Source: Chloroflexota bacterium (GTDB lineage: Bacteria > Chloroflexota > Limnocylindria > Limnocylindrales > CSP1-4). Taken from it: a stretch of 64,000 bases of DNA. The translations under genes and the position numbers were made by a program. Below are positions 27,889 to 39,449 of this stretch, piece by piece. The DNA lies in contig JAJXUG010000009.1 in assembly GCA_021783095.1 (NCBI GenBank), forward strand, positions 28,025 through 92,024. The letters run 5' to 3'. The notes under the pieces are model-generated. The model was not told where the DNA came from. It was given only the letters and a program-made list of their open reading frames with translations, and did no database searches. Within the stretch, counting starts at the first letter, position 1. The number at the start of each line of letters is the position of its first letter.

Positions 27889-28103
27889 GTCGAGCAGGGG
27901 TCTGGGTCGGGACGAGGCTTATCCGCCTCTACCGCGTCGTGTTCGCGTGGCTGCCCTCGAGCTGCCGCTTCGAACCCACGTGCTCTCGCTACACGGAACA
28001 GGCGATCGTCAAGTACGGGCTGCTGCGAGGCAGCTGGATGGGCGCCAAGCGCATCGGACGATGCAACCCCTGGAACCCGGGCGGCTATGACCCGGTCCCC
28101 TAA
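27885..28103 (+). CDS. yidD: Membrane protein insertion efficiency factor YidD
   Basis: ORF 27885..28103. Conserved [15 protein letters not shown] and [14 protein letters not shown]. 4-nt overlap with rnpA. Confidence 0.9.
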   Translation: MSRAGVWVGTRLIRLYRVVFAWLPSSCRFEPTCSRYTEQAIVKYGLLRGSWMGAKRIGRCNPWNPGGYDPVP

Positions 28104-29322
28104 CGGATACGAGAGCGACAGCGTGACCCGCCTTCAGCACCTCCTCGTCCGGCTGGCGCCGCTGCTCCTGCTGGGCGCGATCACCCTGATCGTGGCGGCC
28201 TGCGTCCCCTCCGGCAGCGGTGCCGGCGCCTCGGGCTCGGGCGCGCTGGCGTCGCCGGTCCACTCCCAGGCGCCGCTCGAGCCGGCCCACCTCACCGCCA
28301 GCCCGTTCGACCTGCTGGCGACGCTGTTCACGCCGATCTTCCAGCTGCTGTTCATCTCGCTGGTGGTGCTCTACAAGCTGAGCGGCAACATGCTGGTCGC
28401 GATCCTGCTGCTGACCGTCATCCTCAAGGCCATCACAACGCCGATCACGCGCAAGCAGCTCGTGAGCTCGCGCATGACCCAGCTGCTCCAGCCCGAGGTC
28501 AAGGAGATCCAGCGCAAGTACAAGGGCGACCGCGTGAAGCAGCAGGCGGCCGTTCAGGAGTACTACCGCCAGCGCGGCGTGAACCCGGCGGGAGGCTGCC
28601 TGCCGATGCTCCTGACGATGGGCCTCCTGATCCCGATGTACTCGGTGTTCAGCCAGGGCCTCACCAACTACGACATCACGCCGATGCTCAGGGTCGGCCC
28701 CATCGACTTCGGCCAGATCCTGGGCGTCACCTGCCCCAACGCGATCACCGGCCCGCAGTTCAACGCCGTGCACGGGTACGTGACGAACCCGTGCCTCGCG
28801 GCAACCGACTTCGGCATCAACTGGGGCATCCCCGAGCCCATGACCACGGGCCTGTTCATCGCCGGGTTCGGGCTGAGCATCCTGGCGATCATCTCGTCGC
28901 TGGTGCAGCTGCTCTCGTCGCGCCAGATGCTGCCGCCGATCGACCCGCGGACCGCGGATGACGCCAACGTCAAGACCCAGCGGCAGATGGCCTACTTCCT
29001 GCCGTTCATCTCCATCCTGTACGGCGGCGTCGTGCCGGCCGGCCTGATGCTCTACTGGATCGCGAGCTCCGCGATCTCCATCGGGCAGCAGTTCCTCGTG
29101 CTCGGCTTCGGCGGGATGTTCCCCCTGTTCGGGTGGACGCCCCGGTTCGCGCGCGACTACCGTCCGCGCTACCACGTCACATTGCCCGAGCCCATCAAGA
29201 CAGGCGCAACCACGGGCGCGGCGGAGCGCTCGAAGATCGTTGACCGGGACCTGTCCGCCCGGTCGACCATCCGGCCCAACCCCAACCGCTCCAGGAGCGG
29301 GCGACGAGGGAGACGACGCTGA
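28087..29322 (+). CDS. yidC: Membrane protein insertase YidC
   Basis: ORF 28087..29322. YidC/Oxa1 core ([44 protein letters not shown]). A lipobox-like LIVAAC is near the N-terminus. GTG 28123 is an alternative start. Confidence 0.9.
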   Translation: MTRSPNGYESDSVTRLQHLLVRLAPLLLLGAITLIVAACVPSGSGAGASGSGALASPVHSQAPLEPAHLTASPFDLLATLFTPIFQLLFISLVVLYKLSGNMLVAILLLTVILKAITTPITRKQLVSSRMTQLLQPEVKEIQRKYKGDRVKQQAAVQEYYRQRGVNPAGGCLPMLLTMGLLIPMYSVFSQGLTNYDITPMLRVGPIDFGQILGVTCPNAITGPQFNAVHGYVTNPCLAATDFGINWGIPEPMTTGLFIAGFGLSILAIISSLVQLLSSRQMLPPIDPRTADDANVKTQRQMAYFLPFISILYGGVVPAGLMLYWIASSAISIGQQFLVLGFGGMFPLFGWTPRFARDYRPRYHVTLPEPIKTGATTGAAERSKIVDRDLSARSTIRPNPNRSRSGRRGRRR

Positions 29323-29323
29323 C

Positions 29324-30430
29324 ATGAGCGAGTACCAGGAGTTCACCGGCAAGTCGGTCGAGGAGGCCATCAAGGCCGCCTGCGATCAGTTCGGCGTGGG
29401 TCTCGGCGATCTCGACTTCGAGATCCTCACGCCCGGCAGCCGCGGCGTGCTGGGCATGGGCGCCGAGCCGGCCCGCATCGTGGCCGCACCGAGGAGCGCG
29501 CTCGGCGGCGCCGCCCCGAAGCGCGAGGCGGCCGAGGCGACGCCGCTGCCCGCAGCGCGCCCACGCGAGGATCGGCCCTTCGGGGACCGGGACCGCGATC
29601 GCGACCGGGGCCGTGGCTTCGACCGTGACCGCGGCCCGCGCCGCGACGACCGCGGACCGCGCCGCGAGGACCGGCCGTTTGCGGAGCGGCCCGCCGGCGG
29701 CGGTGAGCGGCCCGTTCCGGCTGGCGGCGAGCGAGTGCCCCGCAGCAGCTTCGGCGACCGCGACCGCGACCGCGACCGCGGCCCGCGCCGCGAGGACCGG
29801 GCCCCCGCCCGGCCGCAGGAGCGGAATCGGGTCCACGACCGCCCGGCGGGCGAGCACACGCGCGGCGGGTCTGAGCTGTCCGCCGCCGAGGTCGCGGCCG
29901 TGACGAGCGCCCGCGGATCCCTCGCCATGGAGCGCGCCGAGCTCGAGGCCGCCGAGGCGTCGCCCGAGGCGCTCCAGGCGGGCAGGGAGATCCTCGAGAC
30001 CCTGATGGGCCACCTCGGCTTCCAGGGGGTCTCCGTCGAGGTCCGCGAGGGCGAGACCAGTCGGCTCAATGTGGTGGGCGACGGCGGCGACCGCGAGGCC
30101 CTCGGATCCCTGATCGGGCGCAAGGGCGAGCGGCTCTCCGCGCTGCAGCACCTCGTCAACCTCATGCTCTCGCGCCGCACGGGACAGTGGACCCGTGTGC
30201 TCGTCGACGTCGAGGACTACCGCGGGCGCCGGGAGCGCCAGCTGGTGGACCTCGCCACTCGGGCCGCCGAGCGCGTCGTGGAGACGGGCAAGATGCTCCA
30301 GCTCGAGCCGATGCCGGCTCTGGAGCGTCGCTGGATCCACATTGCCCTGCGGGACAACCCCGGCGTGTCCACCCAGTCGATCGGCGAGGAGCCGAATCGC
30401 CGGGTCGTGGTCCTGCCGCGCAACCCCTAG
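29324..30430 (+). CDS. jag: Jag/KhpB-type RNA-binding protein (Jag_N, KH, R3H) with Arg/Asp-rich linker
   Basis: Codons 29-396 of ORF 29240..30430, starting MSEYQEFTGKSVEEAIKAACDQFGV (ATG 29324, 1 nt after the yidC stop). The C-terminus has an R3H-like LEPMPALERRWIHIAL. Confidence 0.85.
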   Translation: MSEYQEFTGKSVEEAIKAACDQFGVGLGDLDFEILTPGSRGVLGMGAEPARIVAAPRSALGGAAPKREAAEATPLPAARPREDRPFGDRDRDRDRGRGFDRDRGPRRDDRGPRREDRPFAERPAGGGERPVPAGGERVPRSSFGDRDRDRDRGPRREDRAPARPQERNRVHDRPAGEHTRGGSELSAAEVAAVTSARGSLAMERAELEAAEASPEALQAGREILETLMGHLGFQGVSVEVREGETSRLNVVGDGGDREALGSLIGRKGERLSALQHLVNLMLSRRTGQWTRVLVDVEDYRGRRERQLVDLATRAAERVVETGKMLQLEPMPALERRWIHIALRDNPGVSTQSIGEEPNRRVVVLPRNP

Positions 30431-30592
30431 CCCCGCTCAGGCGTCACACGCCGGCCGGGCTCGTCGCCCGACGCATGCAACGTTCGTCTCCGCCCGAGAC
30501 GCTCGTCGCATGACAGATCCACGAGATCGCGCGAAGATGGCGCGACCGTCGGGACTCCGCCCGGCTTCTGGTGACCTGCGCATGAGCACCCA

Positions 30593-32767
30593 ATGACAGA
30601 TTTGCCCGAACCCGCGGCCGACGAGACCGCAGCTGCCCGCCCCCCCGAGGTCCCCGCGCCCGCCCCGGCCGAGCCGGAGGCCACTGGCGATCCCGAACTG
30701 GCGGCGCTCGTCCGCGCCCACGCAGCACCTGCGGGCGACCCGGAGCTCGCGGCGCTCGTCGCTCGCGCCCCGACGGCGGTTCCGGGGGCCGCCGCCCTGC
30801 GGGCCGCTGCGCCCGAGGCAACGCGTGACGCGGCACCCGAGCCTTCGGCGGTCGCCAGCGAGTCCCCGACCGTCGCGATCCAGACCGGCAGCCCTGTCGC
30901 CGAGGCCGAGTTCCCGGTCGCCCCCGTCGCCGCCCCCTCGCCCTCCGCCGACTCCCCGCGCCCGTCCTCGCATCGCGGCCGCTCGCTGTTCTTCCGCTTC
31001 GCCTTCGCCTTCGTGTTCGGGGTCGTGCTGGTGGGCGCGATCGGCGCCGGCGCCCTCTACGCGTGGGGCCTGCAGTACGACGGCCGGGTCCTGCCCGGTG
31101 TCCGCCTCGGCAGCACCGACCTCTCCGGGCTGACTGCCGACCAGGCCCGGGCCGCCATCGCCAAGGCGCTCGACCCCCTGGCCAACGGCGAGGTGGTCCT
31201 CAACGGGCCCGACGGCAAGGCCACGCTCGCGTTCGGCGACCTCGGCCGCGGACCCGACATCGGCGGCCTCCTCGACGCCGCGCTGGGCGCCGGGCGCCAG
31301 GGCGAGTTGTTCGCCGACCTCATCGGCGGCCCCCAGGCCGCGCTCCACGGGGTCACGATCGCCCCGGCCGTGACCTACGACCGCGCCAAGCTCGTCGCCG
31401 CGGTGGACGCTCTCGCTGCGGGGATCGACCAGGCCGCGTCCGACGCGACCGTGTCAGTCGGGGCGGACGGCACCTACAGCGTCACGGCCGCGAAGGATGG
31501 CCGGGCCGTGGACCAGGCGGCGCTGCTCACCGCCCTTGACCAGAAGCTCTCGGCGCTCGACGCCCCGGCGGAGATCACGCTCGACGTCCCGGTTGCGACG
31601 GTCCCGCCGACCGTTTCGACCACCGCCGCGGAGACCGCGATGGCCGCCGCGAATCGGATGGCCGCGGACCTCGTGATCGCCCGAGGGTCGGACACCTGGA
31701 CGATCAGCAGCGACAGCCTTCGCCCGCTGATCACCTTCACCGTCGGCCAGGACGGGAGCCTCACCCCGGCCTTCCAGTCGGCCGGCCTCGATCCGTTGGT
31801 CAGGCAGCTCGCCAAGCAGGTCAACCAGACCGCCCAGGACGCGCAGCTCAGGCTGGTGGGCAACCACGTGGTCGCCAGCGGCGCGAGTCGCGAGGGGCGC
31901 ACGCTCGACGTGGCCGGCATGGAGGCCGCGATCGTCAGCCAGATCGCGGCACGGCAGGCGGGCACGGCGGTCGAGCCGCTGGCCCTGGTCGTGAAGGCGG
32001 TGCAGCCGAAGCTGTCGACGGCCCAGGCCACGGCCTTCGCCGCCGAGATGGTCCCCATCAGCTCGTTCAGCATCTACTACTGGGTCCTCATCAACAACTA
32101 CTGGGGCGCGAACATCGAGGCGCCGGCCACCAAGATCAGCGGGACAGTGGTGCCCGCAGGCGGGACCTTCGACTTCTGGAAGGTCGTCGGCGATCTCCAC
32201 AAGATCCCGGGCGTGGGCCCGGGCAACGCGATCGAAGGCGGGAAGATCACCGTCACCGGAGCGTTCGGCGGCGGCATCTGCACGACGTCCACCACGCTGT
32301 TCAACGCCGCGCTGAGGGCGGGCATGGTGCCGGGCGCGCGGCAGAACCACAACGAGTTCATCGACCGGTATCCCCCGGGCCTCGACGCCACGGTGTGGAT
32401 CGTGGGCAACGCCAAGCAGACGATGAGCTTCACCAACGACACCGCGTATCCCATCCTGATCCAGCGGATCATCAGCAACGCCGGCGGAGGGAAGCGCTGG
32501 CTGACGTTCAAGATCTGGAGCGTGCCGAACGGCCGGACGACCAAGATCAGCAACCTGGTCATCCAGCCCGGCCCCGTTGCGGTTGACACCATCGAGAAGG
32601 ACCCGACGCATCCCGTAGGCTGGTCGTACCGAGTCAACACCCCGGTGAACGGCGCCAAGGTGTGGGTCACGGTGACGATCTACGACCACGGCAAGCTCCA
32701 CTGGACCAAGCGGTACTTCTCGAACTACCCGGCGGTCAACGGCGTCCTCCAGGTCGGCACCGGCTAG
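30593..32767 (+). CDS. VanW-family protein with N-terminal Pro/Ala-rich region and TM anchor
   Basis: ORF 30593..32767. VanW-like C-terminal region (GGGICTTSTTLFNAALRAG, IDRYPPGLDATV). Confidence 0.75.
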   Translation: MTDLPEPAADETAAARPPEVPAPAPAEPEATGDPELAALVRAHAAPAGDPELAALVARAPTAVPGAAALRAAAPEATRDAAPEPSAVASESPTVAIQTGSPVAEAEFPVAPVAAPSPSADSPRPSSHRGRSLFFRFAFAFVFGVVLVGAIGAGALYAWGLQYDGRVLPGVRLGSTDLSGLTADQARAAIAKALDPLANGEVVLNGPDGKATLAFGDLGRGPDIGGLLDAALGAGRQGELFADLIGGPQAALHGVTIAPAVTYDRAKLVAAVDALAAGIDQAASDATVSVGADGTYSVTAAKDGRAVDQAALLTALDQKLSALDAPAEITLDVPVATVPPTVSTTAAETAMAAANRMAADLVIARGSDTWTISSDSLRPLITFTVGQDGSLTPAFQSAGLDPLVRQLAKQVNQTAQDAQLRLVGNHVVASGASREGRTLDVAGMEAAIVSQIAARQAGTAVEPLALVVKAVQPKLSTAQATAFAAEMVPISSFSIYYWVLINNYWGANIEAPATKISGTVVPAGGTFDFWKVVGDLHKIPGVGPGNAIEGGKITVTGAFGGGICTTSTTLFNAALRAGMVPGARQNHNEFIDRYPPGLDATVWIVGNAKQTMSFTNDTAYPILIQRIISNAGGGKRWLTFKIWSVPNGRTTKISNLVIQPGPVAVDTIEKDPTHPVGWSYRVNTPVNGAKVWVTVTIYDHGKLHWTKRYFSNYPAVNGVLQVGTG

Positions 32768-32800
32768 CTGCGACCCGCGTCAGCGTCGGCAGCCTCGACC

Positions 32801-32899
32801 ATGGACCTCGGACTCTACGTGCGCGGCGTCGCGATAGGGTTCGCGGTGGCCCTGGCGCTCGGCCCGGTCGGGCTGCTGGCAGGGCAGGCGGCCGCGTGA
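32801..32899 (+). pseudogene. Possible N-terminal remnant of a LysE/RhtB-type exporter (32-codon micro-ORF)
   Basis: Manual translation MDLGLYVRGVAIGFAVALALGPVGLLAGQAAA-stop resembles a LysE-family N-terminus (GF..A...GP.G). Its TGA (32897-32899) overlaps the GTG of the next gene. Could equally be a small membrane peptide or chance. Confidence 0.25.
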
Positions 32900-33675
32900 G
32901 CGGCGCCCGTCCCCGCCCGACCGCGCGCCGCCCGGACGGCAGCGGCTCCGACGGGCGCCGTCCCCCCGTCGACGGCCTGCCCGCCGCGGCCATCTTCGAC
33001 TGGGACGGCACCATCGTCGACACGCTGCCGCTGATCTACCGCGCCAACGTCATCGTCCTGGGAGAGTTGGGCATCACCATGAGCCGCACCTGGTTCCGCG
33101 AGAGGCACTCGCCCGACTGGCGCCGCGGGTACCGGGAGCTGGGCGTGCCGGAGCACCTCTGGGACCAGACGGCGGCGCGCTGGGCCGAGGAGATGGGGCG
33201 CATGCGGCCGAGGGCCCTGCCCTGGGTCCGGCGCGCACTGCGCCAGCTCCGCCGCAACGGCGTCCGGCTGGGGCTGGTCACGGCGTCCACCCGCGGCGTG
33301 GTGGAGCCCAGCCTCAAGCGGCTCAACCTTGCCGGGCTGTTCGAGACCGCGTGGTACGCGGACGACGTGCGGGAGAACAAGCCCCACCCCGAGGCCCTGC
33401 TGCTCGCCCTCCGCGATCTGGGGCTGGCGGCCGAGCAGACCGTCTACGTGGGCGACACGACCGTGGACCTCGAGATGGCGCGCGCGGCCGGCGCGCGATT
33501 CGCCGCCGTGGGCGCGACCACGGCGGAGCCCGTGTTCCGGGCCGCCGGGGTCGACCGCGTCTGGATCGGCGTCGGGGCGTGGACGGACGAGCTGCTCGCC
33601 TCGGCAAGGGGCGGCGGCGGGGCTCCGACGGGGCCGAAACCGCGCCGAGCGCCGAGAGCCGAACACCGCGGCTAG
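32896..33675 (+). CDS. HAD-superfamily hydrolase (phosphoglycolate phosphatase-like)
   Basis: In-frame GTG 32896 in ORF 32662..33675. HAD motif I AAIFDWDGTIVDT, motif II LVTAS, motif IV YVGDTTVD. Confidence 0.8.
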   Translation: MSGARPRPTARRPDGSGSDGRRPPVDGLPAAAIFDWDGTIVDTLPLIYRANVIVLGELGITMSRTWFRERHSPDWRRGYRELGVPEHLWDQTAARWAEEMGRMRPRALPWVRRALRQLRRNGVRLGLVTASTRGVVEPSLKRLNLAGLFETAWYADDVRENKPHPEALLLALRDLGLAAEQTVYVGDTTVDLEMARAAGARFAAVGATTAEPVFRAAGVDRVWIGVGAWTDELLASARGGGGAPTGPKPRRAPRAEHRG

Positions 33676-34790
33676 CCGCCCGCCTCCTTCGCCAGCACGG
33701 CCCTGACCTCGGCGGCGATCTGGACGTCCTCGCGCGAGGCGATGACCAGCGACCGCGCCGCCGCGCCGGCAGCGCCGATCTCGCGGTCGCCGTCGCCGTC
33801 CGCGGCATTGCGCGCCGGGTCGATGGCGATCCCGAGGTACCCGAGCCCGTCTGCGGCCATCGCGCGGACCGGCGCCGACCGCTCCCCGACGCCGCCGGTG
33901 AACACGATGGCGTCGAGCCCGCCCAGCGACGCGGTCATCGCCGCGATCGAGGCGCGGAGCCGATGGAGGTAGACCTCGAGCGCCAGGCGCATCCTGGGCT
34001 CACCGGCCTCGGCGCCGACGAGGACCGCACGCATGTCCGACGTCCCGGCGAGTCCCAGAAGGCCCGAGCGGTGCTCCAGCGTCGCCGCAAGCTCGGCGGG
34101 CGGCATCCCCACGTGGTCCGCCAGCCACAGCACGAGACCCGGGTCCACCGAGCCCGAACGCGTGGCCATGACGAGGCCCTCGAGGGGCGTGAACCCCATC
34201 GTGGTGTCCACCGAGCGCCCCCCGCGCACGGCCGCGAGCGACGCGCCCGCGCCCAGGTGGCAGGTGACCAGTCGGAGGTCTGCGATTGGGACCCCCAGCA
34301 CCTCGCCTGCGCGCCGGGTCGCATAGGCGTGGGAGAGGCCGTGGAACCCATACCGGCGCAGGTCCCAGCGCTGCCGCCAGGGGGCCGGGAGCGCGTAGGT
34401 CGAGGCGGCGTCGGGCATGGAGGCGTGGAATGCGGTGTCGAAGCTGGCCACGGCAGGCGTCGACGGGAGGGCGGCGGTCACCGCATCGAGCGCAGTCAAC
34501 GCCTTGGGCTGGTGGAGCGGCGCCAGGCTGGTCAGCGCCGCGATCCGCGTCCGGACCCGCTCCTCAAGACGGACGGGCCCGAGGAACGCGGTCCCGCCGT
34601 GCACGATGCGGTGCCCGACGGCATCGACCTGGCCCAGCCCGGCGACGGCCTCGCCGACCTCCCCCGCGTCCTCCGCGCCCCTCGGCGGCGGCAGGTCGAT
34701 CGACCCGACGACCTCGTCGGCGCGGCCGAGGACGCGGAGCTTCAGGCTCGACGAGCCCGCGTTGACGACGAGGATCCGCTCCGGGTTCAC
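33672..34790 (-). CDS. ackA: Acetate kinase
   Basis: Last 372 codons of the chimeric ORF 33672..37103. GTG 34788-34790 overlaps the xfp stop (GTGA). [12 protein letters not shown] and HRIVHGG motifs. Confidence 0.9.
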   Translation of the reverse strand: MNPERILVVNAGSSSLKLRVLGRADEVVGSIDLPPPRGAEDAGEVGEAVAGLGQVDAVGHRIVHGGTAFLGPVRLEERVRTRIAALTSLAPLHQPKALTALDAVTAALPSTPAVASFDTAFHASMPDAASTYALPAPWRQRWDLRRYGFHGLSHAYATRRAGEVLGVPIADLRLVTCHLGAGASLAAVRGGRSVDTTMGFTPLEGLVMATRSGSVDPGLVLWLADHVGMPPAELAATLEHRSGLLGLAGTSDMRAVLVGAEAGEPRMRLALEVYLHRLRASIAAMTASLGGLDAIVFTGGVGERSAPVRAMAADGLGYLGIAIDPARNAADGDGDREIGAAGAAARSLVIASREDVQIAAEVRAVLAKEAGG

Positions 34791-37177
34791 GCGGGGTCGG
34801 CCGGCCACGTCCAGTCGGCGACCTCGGGCGCGTCCTCGCCCTCGAGCCGGGTGTACGCCCGCGCCTCGAGCCGCTTGTCCTGCATCAACTGACGGACGTG
34901 CGCGGCCTTCGGCCCGAGGCCCGGAACGCGGTCGATCACGTCGATCACGAGGTGGTACCGGTCGAGGTCGTTGAGCATCACCATGTCGAACGGGGTGGTG
35001 GTGGTCCCCTCCTCCTTGTAGCCGCGCACGTGCAGGTTGGCGTGGTTCGTGCGGCGGTACGTCAGGCGGTGGATCAGCCAGGGGTAGCCGTGGTAGGCGA
35101 AGACGACGGGCTTGGTGGTGGTGAACAGGGCGTCGAACTCCGCGTTTGACAGGCCGTGCGGGTGCTCGCGCTCGTCCTGGAGCCGCATGAGGTCCACCAC
35201 GTTGATGAAGCGGACCCTGAGCTCGGGCAGGTGCGTCCGGATCAGGTCCGCGGCGGCGAGCGCCTCGATCGTCGGGACGTCGCCGGCGGAGGCGAGCACC
35301 ACGTCCGGCTCGCTGCCCTGGTCGTTGCTCGCCCACTCCCAGATCCCGATGCCGCGGGTGCAGTGCAGGATGGCCTGGTCCATCGTCAGCCAGTTGGGGC
35401 TCATCTGCTTGCCGGCGACGATGACGTTCACGTAGTTGCGGCTGCGCAGGCAGTGGTCGGCGACCGAGAGCAGGGTGTTCGCGTCGGGCGGCAGGTAGAC
35501 ACGAATGACGTCGGCCTTCTTGTTGACGACGTGGTCGATGAAGCCCGGGTCCTGGTGCGAGAAGCCGTTGTGGTCCTGCCGCCAGACGAGCGAGCTGAGC
35601 ACGTAGTTGAGCGAGGCGACCGGCCGGCGCCACGGGATGTCGCGGGTCACCTTGAGCCACTTGGCGTGCTGGTTGAACATCGAGTCGATGATGTGGATGA
35701 ACGCCTCGTAGCAGTTGAACAGGCCGTGGCGGCCGGTCAGGAGGTAGCCCTCGAGCCAGCCCTGGCACTGGTGCTCGGAGAGGACCTCCATGACGCGGCC
35801 ATCGGGCGCGAGGTGGTCGTCGGTGGGCAGGAACTCGGCCATCCACGTGCGGTCCGTGGCGTCGAGGACGGCGCCCAGGCGGTTGGATGCCGTCTCGTCC
35901 GGGCCGAACACCCGGAACCTGTCCATGTTGCGGGCCATGACGTCGCGGATGAACCCGCCCAGGACGCGGGTCGCCTCCGAGCTGCTCCCGCCGGGGCGCG
36001 GCACGTCCACGGCGTAGTCGCGGAAGTCGGGCAGGACGAGGTCGCGCAGCAGCTCGCCGCCGTTGGCCACGGGGTTCGCGCTCATGCGCCGGTACGCCTT
36101 GGGAGCCAGCGCGGCGATCTCGGGCCGCAGCGCGCCAGCCTCGTCGAACAGCTCCTCCGGCCGGTAGGAGCGCATCCACGACTCGAGCATCGCCCGGTGG
36201 TCGGCGTTCGTCCGCACCTCGCCGAACGGCACCTGGTGCGAGCGCCAGGTGCCCTCGACCGGCAGGCCGCCAACCTCCTTGGGCCCCGTCCAGCCCTTGG
36301 GTGTCCGGAGCACGATCATCGGCCAGCGCGGGCGCTCGGTGACGCCGTCCTCGCGAGCGGTCTTCTGGATCCGCGTGATCTCGGCCACCACCTCGTCGAG
36401 GGTCGCCGCCAGTTGCTGGTGGACCTCGGCCGGGTCGTCGCCCTCCACGAAATACGGCTTGTGGCCGTAGCCCTCCATCAGCGCCGCGAGCTCCGCGCGC
36501 GGGATCCGCGCCAGCACGGTGGGGTTCGCGATCTTGTAGCCGTTGAGGTGGAGGATCGGCAGCACGGCGCCGTCTCGGGCCGGGTCGAGGAACTTGTTGG
36601 AGTGCCAGCTCGTGGCGAGCGGACCCGTCTCGGCCTCGCCGTCGCCCACGACCGCGCACACCAGCAGGTCCGGGTTGTCGAGCGCCGCGCCGTAGGCGTG
36701 CGAGAGCGCGTAGCCGAGCTCGCCGCCCTCGTGGATCGAGCCAGGGGTCTCCGGCGCGACGTGGCTCGGGATGCCGCCCGGGAAGGAGAACTGCCGGAAC
36801 AGCTTGCGCAGACCCTCGGCGTCGCGCGTGATCGACGGGTAGACCTCGGAGTAGGTCCCCTCGAGGTAGGCGTTGGCGACGATGCCGGGACCGCCGTGCC
36901 CGGGGCCGATCACGTAGATGGCGTTGAGGTCCCAGGCGCGGATGACCCGGTTCATGTGGACGTAGATCATGTTGAGGCCCGGCGTCGTGCCCCAGTGGCC
37001 GAGCAGTCGGGGCTTGACGTGCTCGGGGAGCAGCGGCTCGCGGAGCAGCGGGTTGTCGAGCAGGTAGATCTGGCCCACCGAGAGGTAGTTGGCCGCGCGC
37101 CACCAGGCGTCGATCAGCCGGAGCTCGTCGTCCGAGAGCGGATTCCGCAGGGTGATGGGCGTGGTGGCCTGGGCCAT
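34787..37177 (-). CDS. xfp: Xylulose-5-phosphate/fructose-6-phosphate phosphoketolase
   Basis: ORF 34787..37177, 796 aa. Signatures [15 protein letters not shown] and [15 protein letters not shown]. Confidence 0.95.
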   Translation of the reverse strand: MAQATTPITLRNPLSDDELRLIDAWWRAANYLSVGQIYLLDNPLLREPLLPEHVKPRLLGHWGTTPGLNMIYVHMNRVIRAWDLNAIYVIGPGHGGPGIVANAYLEGTYSEVYPSITRDAEGLRKLFRQFSFPGGIPSHVAPETPGSIHEGGELGYALSHAYGAALDNPDLLVCAVVGDGEAETGPLATSWHSNKFLDPARDGAVLPILHLNGYKIANPTVLARIPRAELAALMEGYGHKPYFVEGDDPAEVHQQLAATLDEVVAEITRIQKTAREDGVTERPRWPMIVLRTPKGWTGPKEVGGLPVEGTWRSHQVPFGEVRTNADHRAMLESWMRSYRPEELFDEAGALRPEIAALAPKAYRRMSANPVANGGELLRDLVLPDFRDYAVDVPRPGGSSSEATRVLGGFIRDVMARNMDRFRVFGPDETASNRLGAVLDATDRTWMAEFLPTDDHLAPDGRVMEVLSEHQCQGWLEGYLLTGRHGLFNCYEAFIHIIDSMFNQHAKWLKVTRDIPWRRPVASLNYVLSSLVWRQDHNGFSHQDPGFIDHVVNKKADVIRVYLPPDANTLLSVADHCLRSRNYVNVIVAGKQMSPNWLTMDQAILHCTRGIGIWEWASNDQGSEPDVVLASAGDVPTIEALAAADLIRTHLPELRVRFINVVDLMRLQDEREHPHGLSNAEFDALFTTTKPVVFAYHGYPWLIHRLTYRRTNHANLHVRGYKEEGTTTTPFDMVMLNDLDRYHLVIDVIDRVPGLGPKAAHVRQLMQDKRLEARAYTRLEGEDAPEVADWTWPADPA

Positions 37178-37556
37178 GGTGTGGAGCCCTCCCGATACAG
37201 ATGCCGGGACCTTAGCCTACGCCGGGCACATTGCCGCCACGTTTCCGGCCCCTCTGGGGCCTAACGGATCGCGATTTCAAGGTGCCGAACCGCCCTCGCG
37301 AGCGACCTGGCGGCCGCCTACGCTCCGGAGATCGCGGTTCGGCGTGCACGGCCGTCCGGCCGGACTACGCGGACCACATGGCCGTTCGTGCGCGGGCTGC
37401 TCAGCCCGGAATCACGGGACGGAGGTGGGGGGACCAGCGGGGCCCCGGGTTGGTACCGTTCATCGGTCCGGGCCGTGGAAGCGGCCGGTCAGCGCGTCCC
37501 CCCGGCGCAGCCAACTCGATCATCGCCGCCTCGCGCGGCCCGCTCCGGTAGGTGCC

Positions 37557-39449
37557 ATGCACTGCATCGTCCTCGTCAAGCAGGTTCCGGACGTCAGCAA
37601 CATCCCCGAAGACGCATGGGACCGTGAGAAGGGCACGCTGCGCCGCGGTCTCCTCGACAGCGTCCTCAACCCGCTCGACCTCCACGCGCTCAGCTTCGCC
37701 AAGCGGATCACGGCGGGCGATCCGGACGCCAAGACCATCTATCTCACCATGGGCCCGCCGCAGGCCCGCGACGTGCTGCTCGACTGCATCTCCCGGGCGC
37801 CGGGCGAGGCCGTGCTGCTCACCGACCGATCGCTCGGCGGCGCTGACACGGTCTCGACCGCCTACTCGCTGGCCCAGGCGATCCGGCGCATCGAGCGCGA
37901 CCTGTTCGACGGCAGCCGCCAGTACGTGATCGTCACGGGCATGCAGTCCGTGGACGGCGACACCGCGCAGGTCCCGCCCCAGCTCGCCGAGGACCTCGGC
38001 GTGGACCAGGTGGCGTACGCCCAGGACGTCCACACGGAGCCCGCGCTCACGTTCCGGCGCATCGGCGCGGCCGGCACGGAGGACGTCGTCCCGGAGCGCT
38101 TCCCGGTCGTGGTGACCGTGACGGCCTGCACGGACACGCTGTACGCCGGCTTCCACGCCGCACGCGCAGCGCGAAGCGCCACGATCCACACCTGGAGCGC
38201 CGCCGACGTCGAGGCGAAGCCCGACCGCGTGGGCCTCAAGGGCTCGCGGACCACGGTGTACCGCATCTTCTCCCCGTCCGAGGACCGCGCGAAGCAGTGC
38301 GAGATGGTGAGCGACCCGGCGGACCTCGTGAGGAAGGTCCGGGCGAAGTACCGCCTCGCCGGCGGCGGACCGGCCGCCCATGAGGAGGGCGCCTACGCGC
38401 TTGACGGCCGCGCGCCCACGTACCACGGCGAGTTCTGGATCCTCGCCGAGCGCGAGGGCGACGGCATCAAGTCGGTCTCGCTCGAGCTCCTGGGCAAGAG
38501 CCGCGAGCTGGCGGCGTTCCTGGGCGAGAAGGTGGGCGTGGTCCTGCCCTGCGACGTTGCGGGCGACCTGCCGGCCGAGCTCATCGCCCACGGCGCTGAC
38601 GTGGTCTACGCCATCGAGCACCCCCTGCTCGCCACGTTCTCGCCCGTCCCGTTCAAGACCGCAGTCGCGGCGGTCGTCCGCGAGCGCCATCCGCAGGTCA
38701 TGCTGTTCGGCGCCACGCCGATGGGCCGCGAGCTCGCCCCGCGCATCGCCTACGCCTGCGACTCCGGCCTGACCGCCGACTGCACCAAGCTCGAGATCGG
38801 CGACCACACCAAGGGCGGCAACGCCCTGGTGGGGATCCTCAAGCAGACCCGGCCGGCGCTGGGCGGCAACATCATGGCCACGATCATGACCAAGGACTCG
38901 CCCACCCAGATGGCGACCGTCCGCCCGGGCGTGTTCAAGATTCCGCCGCGCGACGACGCGCGCACGGGGGACGTCGTGCTGATCACGCCGGACCTCGGGG
39001 CGGATCTCGTCGGGGCCGCGGTCACGCCGGTCGAGTCCTTCGTGTCCAAGGTGAACATCCGGGACGCCAAGATCATCGTCTCGGGCGGGCACGGGATCCG
39101 CACCCGCGCGGACTTCGACCGCCTGCTCCAGCCGCTCGCCGACAGCCTCGGCGACCTGCTCGGCGACGGCGCCAAGGTGGCCGCCAGCCGCCACGCGGTC
39201 GAGGACGGCTTCCGCACCCACGACTACCAGGTTGGCCAGACCGGCCAGACCGTGGCCCCCAAGCTCTACGTGGCCGTCGGCATCTCGGGCGCCGTGCAGC
39301 ACGTGTCGGGAATGCAGATGTCGGACACCGTGATCGCCATCAACAAGGATCCGAGGGCGCGGATCTTCAACTACGCGGACTTCGGCATCGTCGGCGATCT
39401 CGAGACGGTCGTCCCACAGCTGACTCGCGCGGCGCAGGAGGCCAAGTGA
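37557..39449 (+). CDS. Fused electron transfer flavoprotein beta-alpha (EtfB/FixA-EtfA/FixB) polypeptide
   Basis: ATG 37557 in frame with ORF 37089..39449. The N-terminal half is EtfB-like (MHCIVLVKQVPD, TGMQSVDGDTAQV). The C-terminal half is EtfA-like (IVSGGHGI, PKLYVAVGISGAVQH). No stop lies between the halves. Confidence 0.85.
   Translation: MHCIVLVKQVPDVSNIPEDAWDREKGTLRRGLLDSVLNPLDLHALSFAKRITAGDPDAKTIYLTMGPPQARDVLLDCISRAPGEAVLLTDRSLGGADTVSTAYSLAQAIRRIERDLFDGSRQYVIVTGMQSVDGDTAQVPPQLAEDLGVDQVAYAQDVHTEPALTFRRIGAAGTEDVVPERFPVVVTVTACTDTLYAGFHAARAARSATIHTWSAADVEAKPDRVGLKGSRTTVYRIFSPSEDRAKQCEMVSDPADLVRKVRAKYRLAGGGPAAHEEGAYALDGRAPTYHGEFWILAEREGDGIKSVSLELLGKSRELAAFLGEKVGVVLPCDVAGDLPAELIAHGADVVYAIEHPLLATFSPVPFKTAVAAVVRERHPQVMLFGATPMGRELAPRIAYACDSGLTADCTKLEIGDHTKGGNALVGILKQTRPALGGNIMATIMTKDSPTQMATVRPGVFKIPPRDDARTGDVVLITPDLGADLVGAAVTPVESFVSKVNIRDAKIIVSGGHGIRTRADFDRLLQPLADSLGDLLGDGAKVAASRHAVEDGFRTHDYQVGQTGQTVAPKLYVAVGISGAVQHVSGMQMSDTVIAINKDPRARIFNYADFGIVGDLETVVPQLTRAAQEAK

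Noticed and set aside
34791-37103. Upstream 770 codons of the 1143-aa ORF 33672..37103
   Set aside because: Only the last 372 codons (ackA) are meaningful. The rest is an alternative frame of the phosphoketolase gene, which is unambiguous in its own frame.
37089-37556. N-terminal 156 codons of ORF 37089..39449 upstream of the Etf start
   Set aside because: This part overlaps the xfp start and the divergent spacer, and the translation is Arg/Pro/Gly-rich. The EtfB-type N-terminus begins exactly at ATG 37557.
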